DNA of 27,324 bases from an uncultured Holosporaceae bacterium (GTDB lineage: Bacteria; Pseudomonadota; Alphaproteobacteria; UBA7879). The DNA lies in assembly GCA_964351045.1 (NCBI GenBank), contig CAYGMA010000002.1:1-27324 (forward strand), given 5' to 3'. The translations under genes and the position numbers were made by a program. The notes beneath the pieces were generated by a model. The model ran no database searches and was not told the DNA's origin. It worked only from the letters and a program-made list of their open reading frames with translations. Shown here in pieces: positions 1 to 8,438 of this stretch; positions within the stretch are counted from its first letter, which is position 1, and the number at the start of each line of letters is the position of its first letter.

Positions 1-161
1 TAGAGCAATGGGTTCTGTTTCAGGGGGCGAAAAAAATCTATACGAATGCAGCCAAAGCTGCGATGGATTTTTACAAAAAACAGGGATACACAAACAGCGC
101 ATTTGACGATGAAAACCCCATGCCAAATACGACCCAAATGGGAAAGGATTTGGAGAGATGA
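1..161 (+). CDS. 3' end of a GNAT-family N-acetyltransferase (5'-truncated by window edge; frame starts at nt 3)
   Basis: My translation from nt 3: EQWVLFQGAKKIYTNAAKAAMDFYKKQGYTNSAFDDENPMPNTTQMGKDLER*, TGA at 159-161. A..FYKKQGY is the typical GNAT C-terminal motif B. Not in the ORF track. Confidence 0.6.
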   Translation, partial: EQWVLFQGAKKIYTNAAKAAMDFYKKQGYTNSAFDDENPMPNTTQMGKDLER

Positions 162-359
162 GGCGTGCCTCGCGTTTTGGGGTGTGCAGCTTTTAGGAAA
201 CTTTGGGAGGTAAAAAAACGATCTTATAAGAGAATAATGAAGATGTCAGAAAAAGCTGAGACGTGTTCTGTTTTTCAGGATGACGTTTTCTCTGTTTTGT
301 ATTAAGGTGGGTTTTGAAAATTATATTATATAACATTCTATAAAGTGGTTAGGGTTATC

Positions 360-1490
360 ATGCGTCAGTATCAGACATCTTTGTTTAAAATTTTTAGTTT
401 CAGTTTGCTTTTTGTTTTGTGTCAGTGTTCGTTTGTTTCGATCATTGATGAGGAAGAAAAGGAAATTTCGAAAGGATCTAAAAAGTTCGATAAGTCTGTT
501 TTTGAAATAAAAGAAACAGGGGAAACACCTGATTGGATGGAGATGAAAGGCGAAGGGATTTACAAGCTTGGTAAGCCTTATAAGGTTAATGGTGTTTGGC
601 ACTTCCCAAAACAAGATTCAAAGTATGATGAGATAGGGATTGCGTCTTGGTATGGCCCTGGCTTCCATCAAAAGATTACAGCAAATGGGGAATACTTTGA
701 TATGGATTTGGTAACAGCGGCTCATAAAACACTGCCTTTGCCGAGCGTTGTGCGGGTGACAAACTTGGAAAATGGCCGTTCTCTTTTGGTGCGGGTGAAT
801 GATCGAGGTCCTTTTGTGAATGATCGTATTATTGATTTATCTCGGAAAGCTGCGGAGCTTTTAGGGTTTATTGCAAAAGGAACTGCGAAAGTACGGGTTG
901 AATTGATGCCAGAAGAAAGTATGGCGGTTGCGTCTTATGCACAAAACCAATTTGTGAGTAACACCCAGTTGCCATCTGCGGCTGCAGGAACTGTTTCTGT
1001 GACTGCGGATGAGGCGCCTGTGAAACAAGCAGAAGAACAGGGGCAGCCAGAGCAAGAAGTTTTGATTTTAGATCAATCTGAGAACAAATCGGCGCCGCAA
1101 ACATTTGTTACAGAACCACAATCAAGTGATTTAGCGGGTGTTGTTTCTACGCTCACGAACACTGAGGGTGTTCAAGTGGTGAAATCTGAGCCTGCGCCAA
1201 CAACGCAGACCGTTTCTACAGCGCCGTCTGCTGAAGATAAGGAAGCCATGCTTAATGCGTATGGGAAATCTTTTGTGCAGGTTGGGGCATTTGGTAACTT
1301 AGAAAATGCGAAGAAAATAGCACACATGTTGTCCTCTGTTGGGAAGGCGGTCATTGAGCCGTTGAACCGATTTGGCCAAACCATTTATCGGGTACGCTTT
1401 GGTCCTTATGATGATGTGGCTGAGGCGCAGAAAATTATGGATAAAATATTGGATGTTGGGCATGGAGATGTTCAAATCGTTGTTGAATAA
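360..1490 (+). CDS. rlpA: Septal ring lytic transglycosylase RlpA family lipoprotein (DPBB domain + C-terminal SPOR domain)
   Basis: GIASWYGPGFH..TANGE.FDM...TAAHKTLPLPSVVRVTNLENGRSLLVRVNDRGPF is the RlpA DPBB signature. C-terminal VQVGAFGNLENAKK...YRVRFGPY is SPOR. The ATG at 360 (same frame as the track's GTG 345) opens a signal-peptide-like N-terminus. Sits upstream of dacA as usual. Confidence 0.93.
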   Translation: MRQYQTSLFKIFSFSLLFVLCQCSFVSIIDEEEKEISKGSKKFDKSVFEIKETGETPDWMEMKGEGIYKLGKPYKVNGVWHFPKQDSKYDEIGIASWYGPGFHQKITANGEYFDMDLVTAAHKTLPLPSVVRVTNLENGRSLLVRVNDRGPFVNDRIIDLSRKAAELLGFIAKGTAKVRVELMPEESMAVASYAQNQFVSNTQLPSAAAGTVSVTADEAPVKQAEEQGQPEQEVLILDQSENKSAPQTFVTEPQSSDLAGVVSTLTNTEGVQVVKSEPAPTTQTVSTAPSAEDKEAMLNAYGKSFVQVGAFGNLENAKKIAHMLSSVGKAVIEPLNRFGQTIYRVRFGPYDDVAEAQKIMDKILDVGHGDVQIVVE

Positions 1491-1503
1491 AGAGGTGAAA
1501 GTG

Positions 1504-2745
1504 ATGATGCGGTTGATGTTTTTTGTTCTTGTTTTTTTAGGTGTTTTAAACTTTGTGGTTCCCGTTCAGGCAGACCCTGCGCAGGAAAAAGTTTTAACAA
1601 CTCTCCCTGTTCCCCAAAAAACAGAGACAGATCAAACGACTGCTTTTAAAAACCCTGTTCCAGACAATAGCCCGCTACTTCAAGGAGCGAAGCAAATTTT
1701 CTTGATTGCTCCTGAAACAGGGCGCGTTATTTTGGACAAGAATGGGGATGAAGTGATCACGCCTTCGTCTATGACAAAAATTGCAACGTTGATGTATTTG
1801 TTTGAGCAATTGAGCAAAGGGACGGTGAGCCTGGATGATAAGTTTCTTGTGAGTGTTAATGCGTGGCGGAACGATGAAGGTTCACGTATGTTCTTGGAGC
1901 CTAACTCTCGGGTGAGTGTGCTTGATTTGATTCGCGGTGTTGCTGTGCAATCTGGAAATGATGCAACAACTACAATTGCCGAAGGGCTTGCAGGAGATGA
2001 GCGTCAATTTGCGACACAAATGACAGAGATGCTCCATGATTTGGGTATTCGTAACACAAACTTTACAAATGCATCCGGGCTTCCTGAAAAAGATCACTAT
2101 TCTACAGCGCGGGACTTGGCGTTGATGTCGATGCATTTGATTCGGTTGTATCCCCAATATTACCACCACTTTAGCGAGAAATGGTTTTCTCACAATAATA
2201 TTCGCCAGATGAACCGCAATGCTTTGTTGGGGCGCCCTGGAACATTTGTTGATGGAATTAAAACAGGGCAAACAGAAGCCGGTGGCTTTGGTATTGCTGC
2301 TTCTGCCGTGAAAGATGGGTTGCGGCTTATTTTGGTTTTGAATGGCTGCAAAACAGACAAAGATCGCCTTATTACAGGGGAGAAAATCTTAAAGTGGGCC
2401 TTTAGAGATTATAAAAACTATACATTTTTTGAAGCGGGACATGTTTTGGCAGATGCAGATGTTTGGTTGGGCGCAGAAAAACAAGTGCCGTTGGTTGTGC
2501 CTGAGCGGGTGCGGTTGACGCTTTCGTCTCAAGAACGGAAAAAAATAACAGCGCATGTTTCTTATGATGGGCCTGTTGAGGCGCCTATTAAAGAAGGGCA
2601 AAAAGTTGGAGAGTTGATTCTTGAAGTGCCCGGAGGCAATAAATGGGTTTACCCAGTTGTTGCGGGGAAAACAGTGAATGAAGTGGGCTTCTTTGGGCGG
2701 GCGATTTCAGCACTGTATTATATTGCTTGGGGAGTTCCTCGGTAA
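1504..2745 (+). CDS. dacA: D-alanyl-D-alanine carboxypeptidase (peptidase S11, PBP5/6 family)
   Basis: SxxK (PSSMTKI), SxN (QSGNDA), KTG (GIKTGQT), PBP5 C-terminal domain (APIKEGQKVGEL). Start moved from 1372 to ATG 1504 (GTG 1501 is an alternative), after the rlpA stop and the RBS AGAGGTG at 1491-1497; this gives the signal peptide MMRLMFFVLVFLGVLNFVVPVQA. Confidence 0.92.
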   Translation: MMRLMFFVLVFLGVLNFVVPVQADPAQEKVLTTLPVPQKTETDQTTAFKNPVPDNSPLLQGAKQIFLIAPETGRVILDKNGDEVITPSSMTKIATLMYLFEQLSKGTVSLDDKFLVSVNAWRNDEGSRMFLEPNSRVSVLDLIRGVAVQSGNDATTTIAEGLAGDERQFATQMTEMLHDLGIRNTNFTNASGLPEKDHYSTARDLALMSMHLIRLYPQYYHHFSEKWFSHNNIRQMNRNALLGRPGTFVDGIKTGQTEAGGFGIAASAVKDGLRLILVLNGCKTDKDRLITGEKILKWAFRDYKNYTFFEAGHVLADADVWLGAEKQVPLVVPERVRLTLSSQERKKITAHVSYDGPVEAPIKEGQKVGELILEVPGGNKWVYPVVAGKTVNEVGFFGRAISALYYIAWGVPR

Positions 2746-3428
2746 TGCAGTCTGCCAAGTTTATTTCGTTGGAAGGGGCAGATGGGGTTGGGAAATCAAC
2801 CCATGCACGCTTTTTAGCAGAAGCTCTAGAAAAAAAAGGATACAAAACGCTTGTAACGCGTGAGCCTGGTGGAACAGACGGGGCTGAAAAAATTCGCGCT
2901 CTTTTGAAAGAAGGAGACGTGAATGCGTGGTTGCCCATGAGCGAGGTGTTGCTTTTATATGCTGCGCGGTATGATCATGTTGAAAAAGTGATTAAGCCTG
3001 CGTTGAAAGAAGGCATCTGGGTGATAAGCGATCGGTTTTCGGATTCAACTATTGCGTATCAGTGTTATGCCCATGACCTTCCAAAGGAGTCGGTGCAGAA
3101 AATACATGATGTGGCTCTTGCGGGTTTCTTGCCAGACTTAACACTCTTCCTTGATAATGATGCGGATCAGTCTTTCTCTCGGGTGGAAAAGCGGGTGGAG
3201 GAGCAGCAATGTGAGTCGGCCATGGATCGTGTTGAGCGGAGAGGGGTTGAGTTTCAAAAAAGGCTGGTTGACGGATACCGGGATATGGCTCGCACAGAAT
3301 CACGCTTTCGGACAGTTGACGCGCGCCAGGAAAAAGCATTGGTGCATCAAGCGATTTGTGACTGGTGCAACCAAGCATTTGATCTTTCACTAGAGCCTGT
3401 GGAGGTTCCTAAAAAGGAAGCACCCTAA
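2745..3428 (+). CDS. tmk: Thymidylate kinase (dTMP kinase)
   Basis: P-loop FISLEGADGVGKST, TREPGG, DRFSDSTIAYQ. The ATG at 2745 overlaps the dacA stop (TAATG), indicating translational coupling. Confidence 0.95.
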   Translation: MQSAKFISLEGADGVGKSTHARFLAEALEKKGYKTLVTREPGGTDGAEKIRALLKEGDVNAWLPMSEVLLLYAARYDHVEKVIKPALKEGIWVISDRFSDSTIAYQCYAHDLPKESVQKIHDVALAGFLPDLTLFLDNDADQSFSRVEKRVEEQQCESAMDRVERRGVEFQKRLVDGYRDMARTESRFRTVDARQEKALVHQAICDWCNQAFDLSLEPVEVPKKEAP

Positions 3429-3429
3429 A

Positions 3430-4416
3430 ATGAGCAGCCTTCCTCAACTCCATGCGCAAGAACATAGGCGGCTTTTAGAGGAATTTCTTGGGCTTTTTAA
3501 CGATAAAAAACTCCATCATGCTTGGGTGATTCAAGGGGAAGACCTTCTGTCGGTTAAGCAGTTTGTTTCAACGTTAAGTCAGCGCCTTTTGGGGATAGAT
3601 GAGGGGAGTGATTCAGAAGAAACGCCTCTTCATCCTGACTCTTTTTATATGGACGAAAATACATCTTCAACAGCGTCTGGAAAAATTTCTGTGGAAGATG
3701 TGCGGCGTGTGAACGCCTTTGCAATGAAATCCCCGTTGAAAGCCGCGGATAAAGTTATTTTTATCCACAATGCAAATTTGATGACGACTCAAGCTCAAAA
3801 CGCCCTTTTAAAAACCTTGGAAGCGCCGCCTCAAGGGGTTTATTTCTTTCTAACTACATCCCACATATCTGGGTTGCTTCCGACCATTCAGTCACGGTGC
3901 CAACAGAAAAAAATCCCTTTATTGAGTTTTGAGGAATTTCAGGAAACGCTCGCACAGGATGAGAGGTATGGGGCGCTTAGCCCAGCAGAGCAACGAGGTG
4001 TTTATGACTTGGCTCAAGGCTCTTTGCTGCGTGGGTGCGCTGTTTTAGACAACGATGGATATGACGCGTATTTAACTTTTCTAAAGCAGTTATCTCCGCT
4101 CATTTCAGAAAAAAATTATGCGCCTATTTTAGCCCATCTTAATAAGGTTGTTGCGACACGAGATGAGGGGAAGCTTGCCTTGTTTGAAGAACAGCTGGTT
4201 CAAACATTGGTGTTTTTAAAAGCGGCGCATTTGGGGGAGCTTTCTTCTCAGTTTGATGGGGTGTTTGAGCCGTTGGTTGAAAAAACAAGTCTTGAGGCCG
4301 TTGCAACTTGTTATACTCGGGTGGTGGCTGGTTTGCGCGATGGACGCTTTTTAATGCTTGATGCTCGACAAACGCTGACAAATGTTTTAAGAGAATTTGA
4401 GACATTGGTGGTTTAA
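3430..4416 (+). CDS. holB: DNA polymerase III delta' subunit (divergent)
   Basis: HPD motif, ISVEDVR, AQNALLKTLEAPP, LLPTIQSRC (clamp-loader SRC motif); conserved tmk-holB-metG-tatD position. Confidence 0.85.
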   Translation: MSSLPQLHAQEHRRLLEEFLGLFNDKKLHHAWVIQGEDLLSVKQFVSTLSQRLLGIDEGSDSEETPLHPDSFYMDENTSSTASGKISVEDVRRVNAFAMKSPLKAADKVIFIHNANLMTTQAQNALLKTLEAPPQGVYFFLTTSHISGLLPTIQSRCQQKKIPLLSFEEFQETLAQDERYGALSPAEQRGVYDLAQGSLLRGCAVLDNDGYDAYLTFLKQLSPLISEKNYAPILAHLNKVVATRDEGKLALFEEQLVQTLVFLKAAHLGELSSQFDGVFEPLVEKTSLEAVATCYTRVVAGLRDGRFLMLDARQTLTNVLREFETLVV

Positions 4417-4418
4417 AG

Positions 4419-5957
4419 ATGGATAAAGATACTTTTTATATTACGACGCCTATTTATTACGTGAATGATAAACCACATATTGGGCATGCGTATACAACGG
4501 TTTCCTGTGATGTTTTAGCGCGTTTTGCACGGCTTTCTGGCAAAGAAGTGATGTTCTTAACGGGGACAGATGAACATGGATTGAAAGTCCAGCAGTCAGC
4601 TGAAAAAGCAGGCATTGATCCGTGTGACTTTGTGAAGCCAGGTTCTGGGCGGTTTAAGGATTTATTCCACGCGTTGCATATTCAGTTTGATGATTTCATT
4701 CGTACAACAGAGCCTCGGCACCAACAAGCAGCACAAGCTGTTTGGAAGACCATTGCTGAAAAAGGGCAAATTTATTTGGGGTCTTACAGTGGATGGTATT
4801 CAGTTCAGGATGAATCTTACTTTACTGAAACAGAGTTGGTGGATGGTCGGGCACCGACGGGGGCTCCGGTGGAATGGTTGGAAGAAGAATCTTACTTTTT
4901 TAAGCTTTCAGAATTTCAAGAAAAACTTTTAGAGCATTATGAAAAGAACCCTGACTTTATTCAGCCAGCCTCTCGGCGGAATGAAGTGATTCGCTTTGTG
5001 GAATCTGGGCTGCGAGATTTGTCTGTTTCTCGGTGCAATTTTAACTGGGGCATTCCCGTTCCAGGAGATGAAAAACATGTGATGTATGTGTGGTTTGATG
5101 CACTTACAAACTATATTTCAGCTTTGGGATATCCAGATGAAGCGCATAAGTATAAAAAGTTTTGGCCTGCAACGGTGCATATGGTTGGAAAAGACATCTT
5201 GCGGTTTCATGCTGTTTATTGGCCAGCTATGTTGATGGCTGCTGGGTTGCCTCTTCCTGAAAAAGTTTATGCTCATGGGTTTTGGACGCGGGACGGGAAA
5301 AAGATGTCGAAGTCTTTAGGAAATGGAGTGGATCCTTATGAGTTGATTGAGGAATTTGGCGTGGATCAAACGCGTTTCTTTATGGCGCGTGAGGTTGTGT
5401 TTGGGCAGGATGGTGATTTCTCTCGAGAGAGCTTTATTCAATTGACCAATAGTCATCTGGCGAATGATTTGGGGAACTTAACCCAGCGTGTTTTGAGTAT
5501 GATTCACAAAAACTGTGGAGCATGTTTGCCAAATTGTGGGGCTATTGAGCCAGAGGATGAACAGCTATTAACGCAAGCAGCGGGTTTGTTTGATTCTTTA
5601 ACGCCGTTGCTTACAGAAACATATGAAATCCAAAAATATTGTGAAACCATTTGGAGCGTGATTCGGGCGGCGAATCAGTATGTGGATGCTCAAGCGCCTT
5701 GGGCTTTGCGAAAAACAGACACAGCACGTATGGAAACAGTGCTTTATGTGCTAGCGGAAACGTTGCGGTATGTGGGGATTTTGATTCAGCCTTTAATGCC
5801 AACGTCTGCGGCAAAGCTTTTGGATTTGCTCTCTATCCCTACGGATGAGCGGTCTTTTAAGTTTTTAACAGTTGAGCATGCATTGGTATCTGGTACGGCG
5901 GTTCCTAAACCGGAAGGACTTTTTCCTCGGTTTGTTGAGAAAGAAGGAGAGGCTTAA
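4419..5957 (+). CDS. metG: Methionine--tRNA ligase (short form, no C-terminal tRNA-binding domain)
   Basis: FYITTPIYYVNDKPHIGHAY (HIGH), GTDEHGLKV, YVWFDAL, GKDILRFH, KMSKS. Confidence 0.97.
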   Translation: MDKDTFYITTPIYYVNDKPHIGHAYTTVSCDVLARFARLSGKEVMFLTGTDEHGLKVQQSAEKAGIDPCDFVKPGSGRFKDLFHALHIQFDDFIRTTEPRHQQAAQAVWKTIAEKGQIYLGSYSGWYSVQDESYFTETELVDGRAPTGAPVEWLEEESYFFKLSEFQEKLLEHYEKNPDFIQPASRRNEVIRFVESGLRDLSVSRCNFNWGIPVPGDEKHVMYVWFDALTNYISALGYPDEAHKYKKFWPATVHMVGKDILRFHAVYWPAMLMAAGLPLPEKVYAHGFWTRDGKKMSKSLGNGVDPYELIEEFGVDQTRFFMAREVVFGQDGDFSRESFIQLTNSHLANDLGNLTQRVLSMIHKNCGACLPNCGAIEPEDEQLLTQAAGLFDSLTPLLTETYEIQKYCETIWSVIRAANQYVDAQAPWALRKTDTARMETVLYVLAETLRYVGILIQPLMPTSAAKLLDLLSIPTDERSFKFLTVEHALVSGTAVPKPEGLFPRFVEKEGEA

Positions 5958-6743
5958 ATGTTAGTCGATAGTCATTGTCATTTAAATTTTCCAGAGTTTT
6001 CACAAGATTTGCCAGGCACCTTGGCGCGGGCAAGAGATGTGGGCGTTTCAACTTTCCTAACGGTTAATACTCGGCTTTCTGAAACGAAAGACTTAATTGC
6101 CATTGCAGCGTCTGAGCCGGATGTATTTGCCACAGTTGGCGCGCATCCATGTGATGTTCATGAAACAGGGGCGCCAACAAAAGAGGAGTTGTTGGCCTTT
6201 ACCCAACATCCAAAGGTGATTGGATTGGGTGAGACGGGGTTGGATTATTATTACGATACAACGCAAAAAGAGATGCAGCAAAAAAGTTTGCAGAACCATA
6301 TAGAGGTGGCTCGGGAAACAGGGTTGCCATTGATTATTCATGCACGTGATGCGGAAGAGGATTTGATTCGTTTTTTAGAGCCTTTAAAAGACCTTGAAAA
6401 TCCAGGCGTGATTCACTGTTTTACGGGAACGCGGGCGTTTGCCATGAAGATGTTGGAGTGTGGTTTTTTTATCTCTATTTCTGGGATTGTGACATTTAAA
6501 AAAGCGACAGAGCTGCAGGACATTGTGTTGGATATTCCGTTGGATCGGCTTTTGGTTGAAACGGATGCTCCTTATTTGGCGCCTGTTCCAAAACGGGGGA
6601 AACCGAATGAACCGGCGTATGTGCGTTATACAGCTGAAAAAGTGGCTGAGCTGAAAGGAGTTTCCTTGGAAACGGTGGCGCGTCATACCACAGATAACTT
6701 TTTTCGGCTTTTTTCAAAAGCTAGCCCTGAGGCCCCTGCATGA
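5958..6743 (+). CDS. tatD: TatD family metal-dependent nuclease/hydrolase
   Basis: MLVDSHCHL, GLGETGLDY, IIHARDAE, VIHCFTG, LLVETDAPYLAPVPKRGKPNEP. Confidence 0.95.
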   Translation: MLVDSHCHLNFPEFSQDLPGTLARARDVGVSTFLTVNTRLSETKDLIAIAASEPDVFATVGAHPCDVHETGAPTKEELLAFTQHPKVIGLGETGLDYYYDTTQKEMQQKSLQNHIEVARETGLPLIIHARDAEEDLIRFLEPLKDLENPGVIHCFTGTRAFAMKMLECGFFISISGIVTFKKATELQDIVLDIPLDRLLVETDAPYLAPVPKRGKPNEPAYVRYTAEKVAELKGVSLETVARHTTDNFFRLFSKASPEAPA

Positions 6744-7516
6744 AACGCATAACTGTTTTAGGATGCGGACCTTCTCCTGGTGTGCCTCTGATCGGAAACA
6801 ACTGGGGGAAATGCGATCCTCAGAATCCTAAAAACAGGCGGACGCGTTCTTCTATTTTGCTGGAAACTGAGGGCAAGAAATTGCTCATTGATTCCTCTCC
6901 AGATTTGCGGCAACAGCTTTTACGAGAAAACATAGATTGGATTGATGCTGTTTTATACACGCATGAGCATGCAGATCATTGCCATGGCATTAATGATTTG
7001 TTTTTTCTTGGACGATCTCGAGGGAAAAGCATTCCTGTGTATGCGGATCCGGGCACGTTAAAAGAATTGAAAAAAAGCTTTTATTACATGTTCCCTGCAA
7101 AAGAAAATGAGGGCGCTTATTATAAACCGTGTTTAGTGCCCCATGAGATTACAGGCGGAGAGGTGACGCTTTTTGACAAAATTGTTGTTCAACACTTTGA
7201 GCAAGATCATGGATTTAGCAAAACATATGGCTTTCGATTTGGAGAGTTTGCGTATTCAACGGATTTGACAGCACTTCCTGAGCATTCTTGGGCAGCTTTA
7301 GAAGGGGTGACAACGTGGATTGTTTCGGCGTTGCGGCTGGAGCCTCACGAAACTCATGCGCATTTAGATCTGGCGCTTTCTTGGATTGAACGCTTGAAGC
7401 CTAAGCAGGCGTTTCTAACGCACTTGGGGACGGAACTAGATTATGACACCATAAGCAAACAATTGCCGGAAAATGTGCATCTTTGCTATGATGGACTTAA
7501 AATTGATCTTGAATAG
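6740..7516 (+). CDS. Metallo-beta-lactamase fold hydrolase (PhnP/YycJ-like)
   Basis: VLGCGPSPGVP, NRRTRSSIL, LIDSSPDLRQQLL, THEHADHCHG (HxHxDH), AFLTHLG. Usual position after tatD, with an ATGA overlap. Confidence 0.9.
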   Translation: MKRITVLGCGPSPGVPLIGNNWGKCDPQNPKNRRTRSSILLETEGKKLLIDSSPDLRQQLLRENIDWIDAVLYTHEHADHCHGINDLFFLGRSRGKSIPVYADPGTLKELKKSFYYMFPAKENEGAYYKPCLVPHEITGGEVTLFDKIVVQHFEQDHGFSKTYGFRFGEFAYSTDLTALPEHSWAALEGVTTWIVSALRLEPHETHAHLDLALSWIERLKPKQAFLTHLGTELDYDTISKQLPENVHLCYDGLKIDLE

Positions 7517-7528
7517 GGGGGTGAAGAA

Positions 7529-8188
7529 ATGCGGTTTTTAGGGTTCCTGGTTTTTTTTGTTTTCGCTGCTGGGATGAGAGTGGAAGCAGAAGATGATGCT
7601 GTTTCTGTTGTTTCTCAGGAAGACGTGGAGGATGGATAAGGTGATGGGTATGACTATGAGGAAAAGGTAGAAGAAAGCCAAGGAGAAAGCACTGAAGCGT
7701 CTCAAAAAGAGGGGGAGACTCCTCAAGAGCACAAAGTGAATGGTCTTTTATCTTTAGAGGGCCCTCAAGCAAAAGAGGCGGTGAGTTCTCAGGATTTGGT
7801 TTCGGCTTCTTTGCTTGAAAAAGGGAAGGGGCTGGAGGATGACTTGAAAGCGCCTCAGGCTTCTTCAGATACAGAGGATATTGATGCGGCGTTGAAAGAG
7901 AAAGAAATTTCTTTTGATTCAGGAGAGGATCGGCCCTTGTTTTTAGATGTGGCTGCTGGAAGCCGCGTTGCTTTGGACGCCCAAGATAAAGAAGATATAC
8001 GGCTGAGAGAAAAACAGCGACAAGAGGCTGTTTTGCCAGCTCATTATGAGCAGTTGGATGCGGCGCCTGAGGATAGTAGGTTTGGGCAGTTGAAACCAGT
8101 TGTTGATAAGCCTTTTTTTTCAGAAAGAGGGCCTAACTCATTGCCTCGAGATAAGTTTGGCCGGGTGAAATCAGCAAAAATAGGCTGA
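7529..8188 (+). pseudogene. Putative secreted acidic protein, 219 codons, interrupted by one in-frame TAA at 7637-7639 (pseudogene, readthrough or sequence error)
   Basis: ATG 7529 is in frame with the track ORF 7736..8188. Translation: MRFLGFLVFFVFAAGMRVEA-EDDAVSVVSQEDVEDG*GDGYDYEEKVEESQGESTEASQKEGETPQEHKVNGLL... It has a signal peptide ending in VEA, and the RBS 12-mer AATAGGGGGGTG (7512-7523) is identical to the one before ntrX (13281-13292). Confidence 0.7.
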
Positions 8189-8232
8189 CTTCCAACTGAG
8201 CGTAGGCGGGAGCCATGAATTGTGAGTTGAGC

Positions 8233-8254
8233 GGGGTTAGTTCACAGGACGTAG
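8233..8254. repeat. Degenerate copy of the REP-like hairpin element (mostly right arm)
   Basis: GGGGTTAGTTCACAGGACGTAG aligns without gaps to 8300-8321 at 17/22 positions, including an identical CAGGACGTAG. Confidence 0.5.
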
Positions 8255-8290
8255 TGCTTGGGAAAAATGAGGGGTTTCGCGCTTTTATGG

Positions 8291-8326
8291 CTACGTCCTG
8301 GGATCAAGTCCCAGGACGTAGAGAGA
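8291..8326. repeat. REP-like palindromic element, copy 1 (perfect 13-bp stem, TCAAG loop, AGAGA tail)
   Basis: CTACGTCCTGGGA (8291-8303), TCAAG, TCCCAGGACGTAG (8309-8321); the arms are exact reverse complements. A related copy lies at 14705-14735. Confidence 0.8.
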
Positions 8327-8385
8327 ATAAGCTAGGGAGTGCAGAAGAAAAGATAGCTTTTTATGAAAAGATGTTGTTAAAAAAC

Positions 8386-8414
8386 TAGACATTTATTTCA
8401 AATATTTCTAAAGA
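8386..8414 (+). promoter_or_regulatory. Possible sigma70 promoter of the MFS gene
   Basis: TAGACA, 17 nt, TAAAGA, ending 24 nt before ATG 8439. Pattern match only. Confidence 0.35.
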
Positions 8415-8438
8415 AGAAGCATAAAGGATTGTGGAATA

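Noticed and set aside
237-305. Small ORF MKMSEKAETCSVFQDDVFSVLY upstream of rlpA
   Set aside because: 22 codons, no well-spaced RBS, no motif; compatible with chance.
1372-1503. Track start for dacA at 1372 (similarly 345 for rlpA and 2727 for tmk)
   Set aside because: The extensions overlap the upstream gene or bury the signal peptide. The downstream ATGs have an RBS or a stop/start overlap.
7736-8188. 150-aa ORF as a complete stand-alone gene
   Set aside because: The GTG has no clear RBS, and the frame continues upstream through one stop to a much better start with a signal peptide at 7529.
8201-8330. CRISPR array, or Rho-independent terminator, interpretation of the hairpins
   Set aside because: No regularly spaced repeats with unique spacers, no cas genes, and no U-tract after the stems on the + strand.
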